DNA from: Chrysomallon squamiferum
Lineage: Eukaryota; Animalia; Mollusca
Length of the DNA stretch: 64,000 nucleotides
Direction: 5' to 3'
NCBI GenBank assembly: GCA_012295275.1
Contig: CM022677.1
Span: 4,526,001 to 4,590,000 of the forward strand
Part shown: positions 1 to 12,529 of the stretch, piece after piece
Numbering within the stretch: the stretch's first letter is position 1
How the letters are laid out: the number at the start of each line of letters is the position of its first letter
Translations under genes and position numbers: made by a program
The notes under the pieces: generated by a model
Told to the model about the DNA's origin: nothing
The model's database searches: none
Seen by the model: only the letters and a program-made list of their open reading frames with translations

Positions 1-324
1 AATGAAAGTTTTGTCACTAAACTGAAAAATTAAATGACATTTTCCTTTTTGTTTGTTATGAACAATAATAAAATACAGAAAAATCGGAGTAAAATAAATT
101 TATTCTGACTAAACAATTTGTATTTTAATATTTTAGGTGATATTTAAATAGTAATTTGCTTTTGTTTCCAGAGATTACCAATGATAAATTATATACATTT
201 TTTTTTTTTAGTTAACTGTAATTTTAGTTATTAGAGTTATCAATAATCAATGTTACATTTTTCTTAGTTAACTCACTTTTTTGTTAAGTTTTAGGAACCA
301 ATAAATGTAATTTATCACTTTACA

Positions 325-1960
325 GGATAAACAAGCCCTTGCTGTCCAGAAAAAAGGCCAGGTTCCTTCAGGCCAAGGATGACCACTTGACCATGTGTGT
401 AGTGCACAGTTCAGTGAAGAACAGTCACTTCTCCAGTCCTGACTGTTAAGAGAAATTTGTACAGACTCAGACACTCAGATGTACTCAACATGTTTGTAAA
501 CAGATGCTGGGTATAATAGACAAGTAATTCAGTTTACTACCAGATTTTATAAACTTTAAAATAATAAATTACTTAATTTCACCTGAGAATGTTTTAATAT
601 TAATATTATTAGATACAATTTTATTGTTTATTTGTAAATACAGACTTTGTCATTGATTTAGCAATTGTGATAACATAGCTGTAAGAGGAAATAGTCAATT
701 GAACATGTATTTTAGAAAGTTTAAATTTAAAAATTAGAATAAGATAAAAATTACAGATTTTATTTGTTATCAATTTAAAAAATAAAAATAAAATAAAATT
801 ATATATTATTTATTTTGAAAATTATTAGATTTATATTTAAAGGTTCTGACTTGATTTGTTCAAATTTCTGTTAAACACACACATTCCTAGATAATCAAAA
901 ATTCAGGAACATAAGAAATATTTTAATAAATTTTACAACTTGACTTTATTTTATTTCACTCGAGATACATATTTGTTGAAAACATCATTCCAAATTCAAA
1001 TGAAGAAAACAAATTATAATAGTTGTTCTACAAAAATGTACAATTTAATGTTTTATTTTCAGAAATAAGCTGGATGTTATATCAGAATCACCACAGAGTA
1101 CAGAAATCCATGTACAGCAGATTCTTACAGCAAAGAAATCACAGGACAGTTACAGACCATCAGAAGTTTTATATGAGTGCTGTTTTAACAGGCTGAGTGA
1201 TTGGTAAGTAAACTGTATGTACATCACATTTGTAATACTATTACTGACATTTTTGTTTTAAATGTATGGATGTCATGTCTGATGTTTTGGACACAAGCTG
1301 GTGTTGTACACAGAGTACAGAAATCTATTTACAGCAGATTCTTCACATCATGTTAGTTTAACTGTCTGCTTGACTGATAAATAAATGTGAACTTTTCTCT
1401 CACAAATTTTAATAAACTTTTCCCTAAGGCCTTTCAGGAACCATGAAGTGTGAAAATTAATTTTAAATGGTCTGTTTCAGGTGATAGTTATTAATTATTA
1501 TTTTTGATAATGACAGTGTGAGAGAAAAACTCTCTACATTTTCACTGTTAATTAAGACAGCTATTTTTATGTTCAGTTTTCAGTTACATTTTTTAATACA
1601 TGAGTAACAGACTCCCAAACTCAAGATTGATACAAAAATCTGTTACTTCTTAGCACAGCTCTGTACTATTAAGTCACAAAACATCAGATTTGATTTATAT
1701 CTAGTGTTCATTTTACATGTCAAATTGTCTAATCGCAGATTTAGAGGTGAACTTTTATAATAAAGACATATTAATATTGTGTATGCCATTCTGAATATTA
1801 TTTTAATAAAGACGTATTTATTTTTGTTTTAAATTTTCAGGGTTGTTTATAATGAGAAGTGTTAATGAAAATCATCTGTTCATTCTAAATGGCTTATTGA
1901 GTTTGCCTCCAAGTTTTTCAAGTTTTCTGATCACACTGAACTAAGCAAGCAGAAGAAATA
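325..1960 (+). pseudogene. 3' exons of an unidentified spliced gene, probably decayed
   Basis: AG/GT-bounded exons at 325-522 (INKPLLSRKKARFLQ...PDC*EKFVQ...GIIDK, one in-frame TAA) and 1063-1203 (NKLDVISESPQSTEIHVQQ...FNRLSDW, open, phase-compatible). A likely last exon starts at 1841. No family recognised. Confidence 0.4.
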
Positions 1961-3171
1961 GCAGAAGATGAAACATCTCAACAAAAAATAAAAAGAAGTT
2001 GAATGCTTGGAGAATACTGAGAACTTCTAGAAAAATCCAAACCAAACAAAAGTTTAAAAACATTACTTGTGTGTCATGGACTACTTATTGAATAATTTAT
2101 AAAACTGTGAAAGTGTGATTTCAGACTGGAAGTCACAATGTTGTTCATACAAGATATAGTTACATACAGACCAATATACATAATGTTACCAAGTTCAGTT
2201 AAGTGTGTGAAAAAAGGACATTATTTTTTAAAAGTGATTTATGTTAGAAATCTTTGATTATAGCTTTAAAAAAAAGTACATATTTTATATAAAGGTGTTT
2301 GGTCCAGGGGAGATAATTTCATTTTTTAATTTTATTTTTAGAAAGAATCTACTGAATTATCTATACCAAATACAAAATAACAAAGAACACTAAGACTTCT
2401 GGTAAAGATTTACCAAATAAAGGTATCGTAATAAAACATAAAATGGAAGTAGATAATTTTGTTCGTTTTGGAAGACAAAATAAGTAATTAGAAAGTTTCG
2501 GAATAAATATTTTTCAGATTACAAGTTATTTATTGATCTTTTAACTTTTTAGTAAACAAATATCTTATTATTTTTTATTTCATTTTGTACATTTTGTTAT
2601 TATACTTTTGTTGGATAGATCAGAAATCTTGGTATTTTTATATTTTACAGCATCCTTGGCTCTCATCTGAAAAACCTTATAAACATTTTAAAACATTTTT
2701 AATTTAAACGTTCAATAATGTTTTATAAAATGCTTTTCTAAATTTTTATGTAAGGAATTTTATAACATTTTTCTAAAATTAAGTTTTTTATATGAAAAAG
2801 TAGTTCCGATATTAACTTGTTTTCTTGTTGAAATAAATATTTCAAATTATTTTGTATTCTATTTTTAATTTAATATTTTTAGCTAGCATTATCAAACATC
2901 CTAAGATGAGGAATATTTTTATTTACATAGCTTTGGTACATTAAAAACTTAATTAACATTGCAAATTTTTGTATATTAGTAGCTGTACAAAATTATTAGA
3001 ATTTTCTGATTCAGGGTGAGTACATGAAACATCTGTAACACAGAGAGAAAATAAAATTAAAAAATCACAAACTAGTTGAGGAATTTGATTACATATATTT
3101 ATTTATTTGTATTTTAAAAACTGAAAAACAAAACAGATTTTATCTGGTCAGTAAGAGATATAAACATTTAC

Positions 3172-6100
3172 TCAGTCTGTCAGGAATTTTTCTTTACACT
3201 GTCAAACTAGAAGTGAAAACATCAGCCTAAGAGACACACACTGATGTACTGGTTGAACCAAAACATATTTTCTGAACTTTACAACCTCATATTTCCTATG
3301 TCACAGTTTGATGTGAAGATTGGGAAAACAATTCCTGACTGCAGCACTGCGAGAAAACAGCAACTGTTACAGTCTCTGATACTGCATTGTCCCACTCTGC
3401 TGTATGAGTCAGGTAAAGGACTAGCTCAGTCCTTCGTATCGTCAGTGTGGTGAGACATCACTCTCATGAACACTGCCTTCCCAAGTTTCTGTCTCATCTT
3501 GTTCTGCTGTTTTCTTCTCTCTGTTTCCTTTCTCTTCTCGTCCAGCTTCAGTTTCAGACGTCACCTGCTCTTCAACTTCCTGGCTGTTGTGTTTGCCACC
3601 ATCATGCACTGTCCTCTCAGTCATCTGCCAAGTGCTTTCATTTTGCAGCATAACAAATGAAGTGTTTAAACAAACATCAGCTCATTTTCACAAGAACACG
3701 GACTTCAACAGCACTCTGCTGTTTACATGTTGTTTCTGTCCATGTAAACCATCACAGAACAATCAACATCGCTGTCTTCTGCAACAGGAACAGAGGGTAA
3801 GGAAACTTCAACACAAACATCCGGATTAATGTAAAACACTTCATAGCCTCTGTTTGCCATCTGACATTGACCTTCACCTACATTATTTTCAGTTATCCGT
3901 GGTGTTAGCCGAGTGTCAGACAATGGACTGACACTTACTGGTTCATCTGACAGACAACTCTGTGTGGTGTTCAGGTCCAGAGAGGCGGTGGCTTCCACAG
4001 TTGTGTCCCCTTGACTTGGAAATCCCTCAACTGTGACATGCGATGTATGAGGAAATTTCCTAGACATTGATGAAGATGTTATCCTGTTTCTTGGAGTTTT
4101 GTCTCTTTCCTGTGTTTTTCTTTGGCTGGTTTTAGTATTAAAGCTTCAAGTTTTTCTCCTGACTGCTCACATTTGACTGTTGAGATTGGTCACTTGGTGT
4201 AGTAACACTCTACAACTTCATGCTGTCAGAGTTGTTGTAGTTGGACGTGGTCGGCTGCAGTGTGTGTTGCATGTCCAGGTAAACAGAACTGAGCTGCTCA
4301 CTGGTGAAACTTTGACACAAGACTGAGTCGAATCTGATGTTGGACAAGAGTGAAGAACACACTGGTCTGAATCTGACTGGTGAGAGCACCGTCTCGTCTG
4401 TGTAAACAAATAAATAAATAAATAAAATACTGAATAAAATATTAAGTAAATAAACAAACAAATAAAATATTAACTAAACAAACAAACAAATGAATAAAAT
4501 ACAGAATAAAATATTAACTAAACAAACAAACAAATGAATAAAATAGTAAATAAAGTATTAATCATTTTTCTTTCTTTTTCCCCCCATTCAACTAACAAAT
4601 ATATTTTTTATACTATTATTGTTATACAACAAAAACAACAACTACTACTACTACAACTACTACTGTTCCTGTTTCTACACCTACTTTTCATTTGACTTTT
4701 ATAATTTCTCATTTAACTCAAACTCCCTCTACTACTACTATTTTGCAACAATAAATCTACTATTAGTACTGCTACTACTACTACAACTAGTACTATGACT
4801 CATGCTAGTATTTTTCTGACTGTGAGTCACACAAGATACATTATGAACACAAAGCATTGTTGGCTAAAATATCACCTATTACTACAAACAAGAATGATTA
4901 TTATTAAGTACTAATGCTATAATAACCACACTACTACAACAATGAGTTTACTACTACTACTGCTGTTACTGTAAGAACAACGACAACCTCTGCAGATGCT
5001 TCTGTTCCTGCCAGGCTAGTACAGATTCTTTGATGACATTTCTCTCCTGTGGTGAGCTCACAGAATTACCTCTTCTTGTGTACTAAGCAGTTTCTGAAAA
5101 ACAAGTTTTTATTTATTTTCCTTTGTTGATACAAAATATTTCTCTTTCTGACAGATACATATATTAATGACTAATGTCTTATCCGGATTTTTATTTTTAT
5201 TTTTTATTTTTTATTTTTTATTTTTATTTTTTTTAAATTAATAAATTAGAAATATACTAAATTTTTAGAATCATCAAATTATAGTAAAATTTAAGATATG
5301 GAAAAATTAATTTTTAAACTTTCAAATAAAAACAAAATAAAGTGAACTGCATTCTGTGAGTTCAAAACAAAACAAGAAATGGTTTTCGTTACTCTTACTT
5401 GTGTCTTAGTACAAATATAAACTAACAAAAAATGAAACAATGCAAATGGAAATAAGGAAACATGGAAGTAAACTAAGTTATCCTGCTATTTGTATACACA
5501 ATTAATTTACTTTGTTTTGTAGACTATCCTTGCACTAGTCTGTTTTTCTTACTCTGTATTGAGAATATTTTACCAATACCAAAACTGAGAAGAATGTAAG
5601 TAGATTGTTAAACAGAAAAGTTAATGAGAATGTTTTTAATACCAGTTTGTTGAGAAACCTCTCTGTCTGTCTGCTGTCTGTCTGCTGTCTGTGTGTGTCC
5701 CATTCTGATGTTTAGGTAACAACACCTGTCTGTTTTGTGGTATGTTCCTGAAAAAGCAAAATCAAAAAATAATTTAATTTTGTATTGCCTTTATTAATAA
5801 TATTATTTACTATTATATATATATATATATATATATCAACACCATTTACAGATACAAATGAATGTTTGTTAACAAAAATATATTTAAGCTATTTTATTTT
5901 AAATGTGCATGCAAGCTTACAGATATACTGATTAACACATACACAGTTTGAGGTAATGAATAATTAAAGATAAGTATTTTTTTAATATAGTCTAAATTCT
6001 TTTAAATATACACCATTATAACCTGATTATTGATCAATATAAATTCTGCTAAAATAGAAGAAATCTAAAAAGAAGAAATATTTTATATAAGAACTATATA

Positions 6101-7988
6101 TTGCATATTTTTTACGAGATCTTTGTATTTTAAAAAGTGAACAAAGCATCTAAAATTTTGTTTAATATTAACTTTCTTTATTAGTAGCCTTCTCAAATAC
6201 TGACCACTGTATAAAGATCTTTCACAGCCTGAAATCATCCATTTTAAATAATAAAATTGTTTTACATACATAAAAGCATCCATCTAAATATACACTGAAA
6301 CTGAATAGTATAAATCCCAATTTTTCCAGTACAATAATAAATTTCATAAATTAATATAATGAAAGATTAATTCGAAAAAACACAAAACTTACCGTTTGCT
6401 TCCTGACCAATCAGAAGCTGTCCTGTCTCTGTCAGTTTTATCACTTCTATCCAGAAGAACTGCTCTGCTGGAAAGACTAACAGTTTTTCTCGTATTCTAT
6501 CTCAGGTGTACAGGACGTCCTTGTAAGTGAAGTGGAAAAATTGATGAGGCAAAGATTATATAAAGAATTAGGTATTCCTAACCCATCTTTCAAACATATA
6601 TCTAAGAAAAAAGAAATAACAATGAGGCAGCTAATATCTAATAATACAGGAAAAAATAAGGAGGATGATATACGACTGTGGAGAGAGAGAGAGAGACTTT
6701 CTATATCTTTTGTGATTTTGTTGATTATGAAATATAAAATTAAAAAAACAATAACAACACATCTCTCTAAACTATATATAAACATTCGAAAATTTAACAT
6801 ATGCTAAATTTTAAAGTTACCAACTGATTCATTATTTTATTTACAAAAATTGTGTTTATTAAACTAACCATGAAAACTGAGAGGCTGCAGACAATAGAAA
6901 CTACAGTACATTGTCTCCTATGTAACAGGAAAGTTAAACACTTTAAAATACTCATTCCTTTGTTTTAAAATACAGAAATAAACATTTACAACAAAATCAA
7001 TCACATTTATATCAATGTATGTATACGCATGTGTGTGTATGCATGTGTCTGTGGGTACGTGTGTGTGTGTGTGCTTACTGATATATTATTTACAAACTGC
7101 AACTTCATATATTAAATAAAATTAAACTTCATTAGTTTCAGAATAATGAAAAATATATAAGAAAACAAACTCAAATTCACCAGCTCAGAATTGTTCTCTT
7201 TTGCAATGGCAGCAGTAAAAACTTTATTTAACCAGAAAATAACTGTGTCCTCAGATTCTGATGGAAGTTCACTGGATGTGTTAAAAGTTGTAATTTGTCT
7301 GAAAGTTAAAACATTTCTTGTTCAAAATGCTGAAAAACTTCTCATTACATTATATTAAATTATACTGAATAGATTCTCCAGGATGAATGTCTTTAAATCA
7401 CACCTCATTCCTACATTTTAACTAAAATCTAATTTGATCCATATATTATCAAAAAAATAAAATAAAAATAAAATAAACTTTAACAGAGCCAAATAAACTC
7501 ATTTTAATTAGAAAAATGATTTCAAATTTTAGTATTTAACAAGATAATACAAAAAAAAAAAAAAAAAAAAAAATTAATGGGAATAAATAAAAACAACAAC
7601 ATACCTAACGGCTTGAACAGCATGTTCTACTGAAACAAATCTGTGGCATACACCAACATCAGCACATGAGTTAGAGCTGTACATGCATACCTAAAAAAGT
7701 AAAAAGCAATAATAAACAAACAGTTAGAAATAAATAACTAATGCTTCTGACATACTTTGTGATTAATAAATTATGTTACCAAGCAATGCAACAAAACAAC
7801 AGCAAATAACTGAATATTATTACACTATTTTATAATTAATTAAGAACTATTACAAAACTTATTTTTCTCTTGACAACACAAAAATAAATTAAACTCACAA
7901 CTGAGAATGGTTTCTGTAACAGCTGATTCATCCTTCTCCATGATGTAAATTCAGTTTCTAGACAGCACCTGAACAATACTGCAGTGAC
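3172..7988 (-). pseudogene. Decayed multi-exon gene, possibly RRM-like N-terminal part plus a long Ser/Thr/Glu-rich exon
   Basis: Candidate exons at ~7988-7899 (VTAVLFRCCLETEFTSWRRMNQLLQKPFSV), 7690-7605 (VCMYSSNSCADVGVCHRFVSVEHAVQAV), 7278-7182, ~6520-6393 (GRPVHLR*), ~5747-5643, ~5092-4988 and a large exon ~4397-3172 with several stops and frameshifts. The RRM resemblance is weak. Confidence 0.45.
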
Positions 7989-9164
7989 CTAAACAAAATA
8001 TTTAACATCAATAGTAAATATAAAGTTTATTAATTTTTATAACAAAATGCATTTATCTGATATATATATATATATATATATCAATCTACATTCGTCAGAT
8101 AAATGAATTTTTCTCTGCTTATTATCATTTGTGGATATTTTAATTATTTTTATTTACATATGATATTGCCCAAGACACACAAAGACACACACGCACGCAC
8201 ACTCACACACACACACACACGTGAAATATTTCCAAAATTCTATTGAACTGAATAATCAACGAGTAAAACATTACCAAATTAAAAACAAAACTAGTCTGGT
8301 TAACAAGCATCAGTTTAAAGTGGTTTCAAAAGCGTAGCATACATTCCAATCCATGTTTGTTGCAAACATCGTGGTTTATCGAGACTAGTCTGGTGTGAAG
8401 TCAAGTGGTGGTTGTCCCATTTCTATGAACAAAAAACTGCCAACAAAGAAAAGCAAAAACAAGTTTGTTCATTCTAACACAGTAACATGATTATAGTAAC
8501 TCAATGTGCCAAATTTACTATTATATCAGACATTACTATGTTACTTCATTGATATTATTTTCCTTACCTTAAATTTCCTGGTCTTTTCAATCCATAATTC
8601 TTTTTTTGTTTGCTTGTTGCAGAAATGTGCTTTGGTAACATCCACACAAACATCGAATCACTGCGCAAACACGTACTGCATGCACTGTTTACAAATCCTC
8701 TAAATGTGACCTGGTAAGACTTAAAAGAAAACAAACTGTAAAGATGAAATGGAAAAACTTCAACTAAAAAAACAGTAAAAGAACAGTTTTAAATTCCTGG
8801 TCTAAAGAAATAAATAAAATGTATCAGTTTGTTTTTCACAGAACCAGTCAGAACATAATGCATACCACGTGCAAAGTTTATCAAATGCACTTTTAATCTA
8901 CCAATAAATTGTACAGGGGAAAACTGTTCCAGATATGAAAGCTTATGTATAGTATCAAATTAACTATATATTTAAACCTAATCTTGAATGTCACATGACA
9001 TTAGCAGGTCATATTAAATGTTTAGAAATTAAAACCAGTGAACCGGTCTCTAAAAGACAAAAAAACATTGATATACGTGTTTAGTTCTGCCAGAGACCAA
9101 GCTATAAAAACTGCAGCCAGCCATAAGATGCAGTCTGTATATTGGCTGGAAATAAAAACCATGT

Positions 9165-9390
9165 AGCTAAAACTAAGAAAGACTGCTTTCCACTACCTAG
9201 AATAGATGTCATTAAATGCTTTGTATGGAGCACAATGGTTTACTATACTGGATATGGTCAGTGAATACAACCAGGTTGAGGATAAAGACAAAGACAAAAC
9301 TGCACTGATCTCTCCAATGGGTTTGTTTGAATACAAGTGAATGCCTTTTGGTTTATCAGGAGCCCCAGCCACATTTCAAAGACGCATGCT
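9165..9390 (+). mobile_element. Ty3/Gypsy reverse transcriptase fragment
   Basis: Translates to [65 protein letters not shown], with the canonical Gypsy RT motifs, one frameshift and one stop. Confidence 0.9.
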
Positions 9391-9499
9391 TTATAAACTA
9401 TAACAGAACCATATCAAACCCTTTTTAATAGATACATTTGTATAACGAGTAATGATAGAAAGAAAAGGAATATATCCATTGATGATGAGGTTGATGCCA

Positions 9500-9990
9500 T
9501 ACCACCTAATAAGTATTCAAAAAGTATTCAAAAGTGAGCAGAGGTAAAAAAGTTTGGCATCATTTGCTCTACTGCCCAGAGGTGGAGTGGCCAGTCTGCC
9601 TCTCGTTCCGTCCGCACGAAGACATCATGATGAAGACGGGTTGATGTCTGTGACAATGTTGTTGAAAGTGACTTGTTTGAGGACTGAGTCAAATCAGTAA
9701 TGGCAACATGCCTCAGCATAAGTAAAGGGGATGTTCTGTAATGACTCGGATATGCACTGAAGTTGATTTTTGCATATTTTGCAGAACATATTGGTGTGAT
9801 CAATACTGTAAAGGTTTAATCTGATTCTTTACCCCTAAAAACATGGATAGACACCAAAAATTATTTTGCTACCATGTGTAGTTACTGAGATATTGATGAA
9901 AATGAGATTTTCAGTAATGGCGGCCTTAATTTGCATATTGTGCGGATTGCCCAAGGATGACAGAGTGGCATCATTCAGATTCTTAAAGAG
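9500..9990 (-). mobile_element. Academ-like DNA transposon remnant
   Basis: ORF 9528-9803 ends FVRTEREADWPLHLWAVEQMMPNFFTSAHF, matching the FxRAERxGDWxLHLxAVxxMxPYFFAxGH motif I associate with Academ transposases. The adjacent 9830-9990 resembles their subterminal sequence. The superfamily name is from recall. Confidence 0.6.
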
Positions 9991-10229
9991 CACATCTCGG
10001 AGGTATAGAAACAGCAACAAAACTTTGTACAGACCGCAATGCACACTTATCAGTCCCTGCTGCCACGGACTACTTTACAGCGAAACTTTACCCACCACAT
10101 CTTGTTTGTTTGACCAAAATGCTGATCTGTTTAACACTATTGAAGAACCCGTAACAGCTACGATAGACCGTGTTGTTGATACCCTATACCGAAGCATTAC
10201 AATTTATTTAACTACGAAGTGAAGTTTGA

Positions 10230-10990
10230 ACCAAGAGGGAAGCAATTAACTTTTGTCAAAATTTAAAACTTCTACCAAAAATTGTGAGATGCCAAACTGT
10301 AAATGTGTGCATTTGAACAAATTAACATCAGTGAAATGGAATGATTGCAATTACTCACATTATCGATTTCAGTTTAATAAAAACATTTGTAAAGACAAAA
10401 GTAAAAATCATAATTACTTGCATTTTTGATTTCAGTTCAATAAACAGGTTTGTAAACCCGAACGTAAAAATCAGGTGCCTTTAAGAAAAGGTACATGGTT
10501 TGAGGCGTCAAACCTATCCATAAGAAGAAGTTTGTTAAGTATGTAGTTTTTCAAGACAATATCCGACAGAAATTGCTCAAACAGAAACCACCATTCCCAA
10601 AGATGGAATCAAAGGAGAGAAAGAAACTTCATCTCAAACTATTTCTGACTGTTACAACTATGTTGTGAAATTTGAGTTGAGTGGGAAAAAACGTAAGAGG
10701 TGGAAAAGGTTGTCCTGTTGAAACAGCTGAAGCAAAGTTTGACACAATTTGCGGGAATTCGTCATGAAACAAGATATTTTTTCTTAATTATTACAATTTA
10801 TTATATTATAATTATATGCTTATTCATCAGATCCAACAACCAAGGCATGTACCAACTTAACTGAAAACAGGGGTGTGTGATAGGAGATAATTACCAAGTA
10901 TTCATTGCACACAAGGAAATTTTCGCCTTCATCTTGCAGAATACATGAGGAGGAATAAATAAAAGAAGCAGGAAGTATTCAGTTAACTGT
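10230..10990 (+). mobile_element. Merlin/IS1595 (ISXO2-like) transposase remnant
   Basis: Colinear motifs LRKGTWFEASNLS, TISDCYNY..CEI, GGKGCPVETAEAKF (cf. GGPGxxVEIDESKF), GIRHETRYFFL and FRLHLAEYMRR. Multiple lesions. Confidence 0.8.
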
Positions 10991-11199
10991 CACAAATCAT
11001 CAGTCTGGAGTATACTTGTTAATGATGACTATCTTTTGAAATGTATTATTTTGTATGATAACTAAAATGGCTGACATAACATTATACGTATTATTGCTTG
11101 AAATGTTGAAGAATTGTTTCCTTCTATCTGCTGTATTTAACCACTTAATTTTAGTGTGTATAAAAGGTTTAAAAATTATTATTAAAAAAAATAAATATT

Positions 11200-11710
11200 T
11201 TAGGACGGGATGTGGATAGATATATTTCTGAACTATGTCAACTCATCTACAGGACAGGTGAGATGACTGTAAAGTGAGTCCAGGAACTCAGACATTCCAC
11301 TGTGTAAAACCAGTGAGCTCTGTGTCTGTGGCATGTGACAAGAATTCGCAGTTTGCTGACACTCTACCAGTCCTTATTCATTTTAACTATGTGAGAGATG
11401 TCGCAGAACTGTCTGCTGAATCAGCAACTAAACCAAGTAAGAAAAGTGCATCTGATCAAGCTTTGTCCTGCTAGAATATATATCTAGGAAATCTAAAAAC
11501 AAACAAAATAAATTCTTCAGCAAATAATCTCCAAAGATGGATTTCAAATTGAAGTAACATTCCTACATACAAGATGTTAAGTTCATTGTTTGCTTTTCCA
11601 GTTACAGGAGATAGAGCTTGGGTTGAAGAAACCAAATCAACAGTATGGTTGAAATTCCTACAATGGAAAATTGCTATCAGTGTGTATTCCAACAAGGTCT
11701 ATCAGAATGA
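11200..11710 (+). mobile_element. C-terminal fragment of a CMC (Chapaev/CACTA-like) transposase
   Basis: LQDR*DDCKVSPGTQTFHCVKPVS (cf. ..PGTRxFHxxxP), followed by FAFPVTGDRAWVEET..SMVEIPT..NCYQ (cf. FxWPxxxDxCWV..IL..P). Degenerate. Confidence 0.45.
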
Positions 11711-11739
11711 ATGGGGAAACAAAAAAATTTGATAGAATA

Positions 11740-12450
11740 ACTCTTTTAAATCTTTGACTAGAAAGTTAGATATAATGTATGATATTTTGGAAAAATTAGA
11801 CATGATCGAAAAACAACTGAATGGTATGGAAATAACTGTACAAGATATAGTGGTAAAATGATTGATATTAAGAAAAAAGTACAAGATATGGAAAGGGTAT
11901 GAATTACATTCACTGTCAGTTTGAAAGAAATAAAACAATCTTGGATATTTGAAATCTGTTGTCTTAGATATGAACAGTTCTACTCGTGAAATGAGAGATA
12001 ATAATACCATATGAAACAACAAATATGTGAAGTAGAAACTGAGTTTCGAATCTTAAGAGATAAACACAATGACCTACAAACTCACTTCATCGTGACAATG
12101 TAATGTTTAGTGTGATACCAGAGGAAGATGAGGAAGACACAGACAAGGAGTTGAAAAGTTTTATAAAAAATGAAAGTAGAAAATAATACTGACTTTGACA
12201 GAGTGGATCGACTGGGGAAGATGTATATATAAGGCCTGTTGTTGCTAAATTCATTTTATATAAATTGTGAGAAGAGCTGCACCCAAAACACTGATAAACA
12301 AGCAATTCACGGTTAATGAACAATTCCTGAAATAAATTAATGACAGGAGAAAATTACTATATCCACATTACAGCAAAAAGGCAAGGGAAAAGACTGGTGT
12401 TAAATGGTGATAAACTATGTATTGAGGTCAGGCTGTTTACACTGGGAGAG
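11740..12450 (+). mobile_element. Non-LTR retrotransposon ORF1 remnant (coiled coil + RRM/CTD, L1TD1/Transposase_22-like)
   Basis: Heptad-rich LDIMYDILEKLDMIEKQLNGMEITV, then DLQT..RDNVMFSVIPEEDEEDT..KSFIKNE, FDRV..RLG, RPVVAKF, VNEQF..INDRRKLLYP and DKLCI. Frameshifted. Confidence 0.7.
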
Positions 12451-12529
12451 GTCGGGCCAGAAGCCAGTAACACAAACATAACAATCATCAGCTAAGTGAC
12501 ACCAAGGTTATTATCTTCTGTCCAAGTCT

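Noticed and set aside
3172-7988. The missing RRM half of the A1CF-like gene
   Set aside because: It lies downstream of the dsRBM gene on the minus strand (wrong order), and its exons lack the hnRNP-Q/A1CF RRM signatures.
8260-8700. Possible transposase or zinc-finger remnant
   Set aside because: No motif I can support in any frame.
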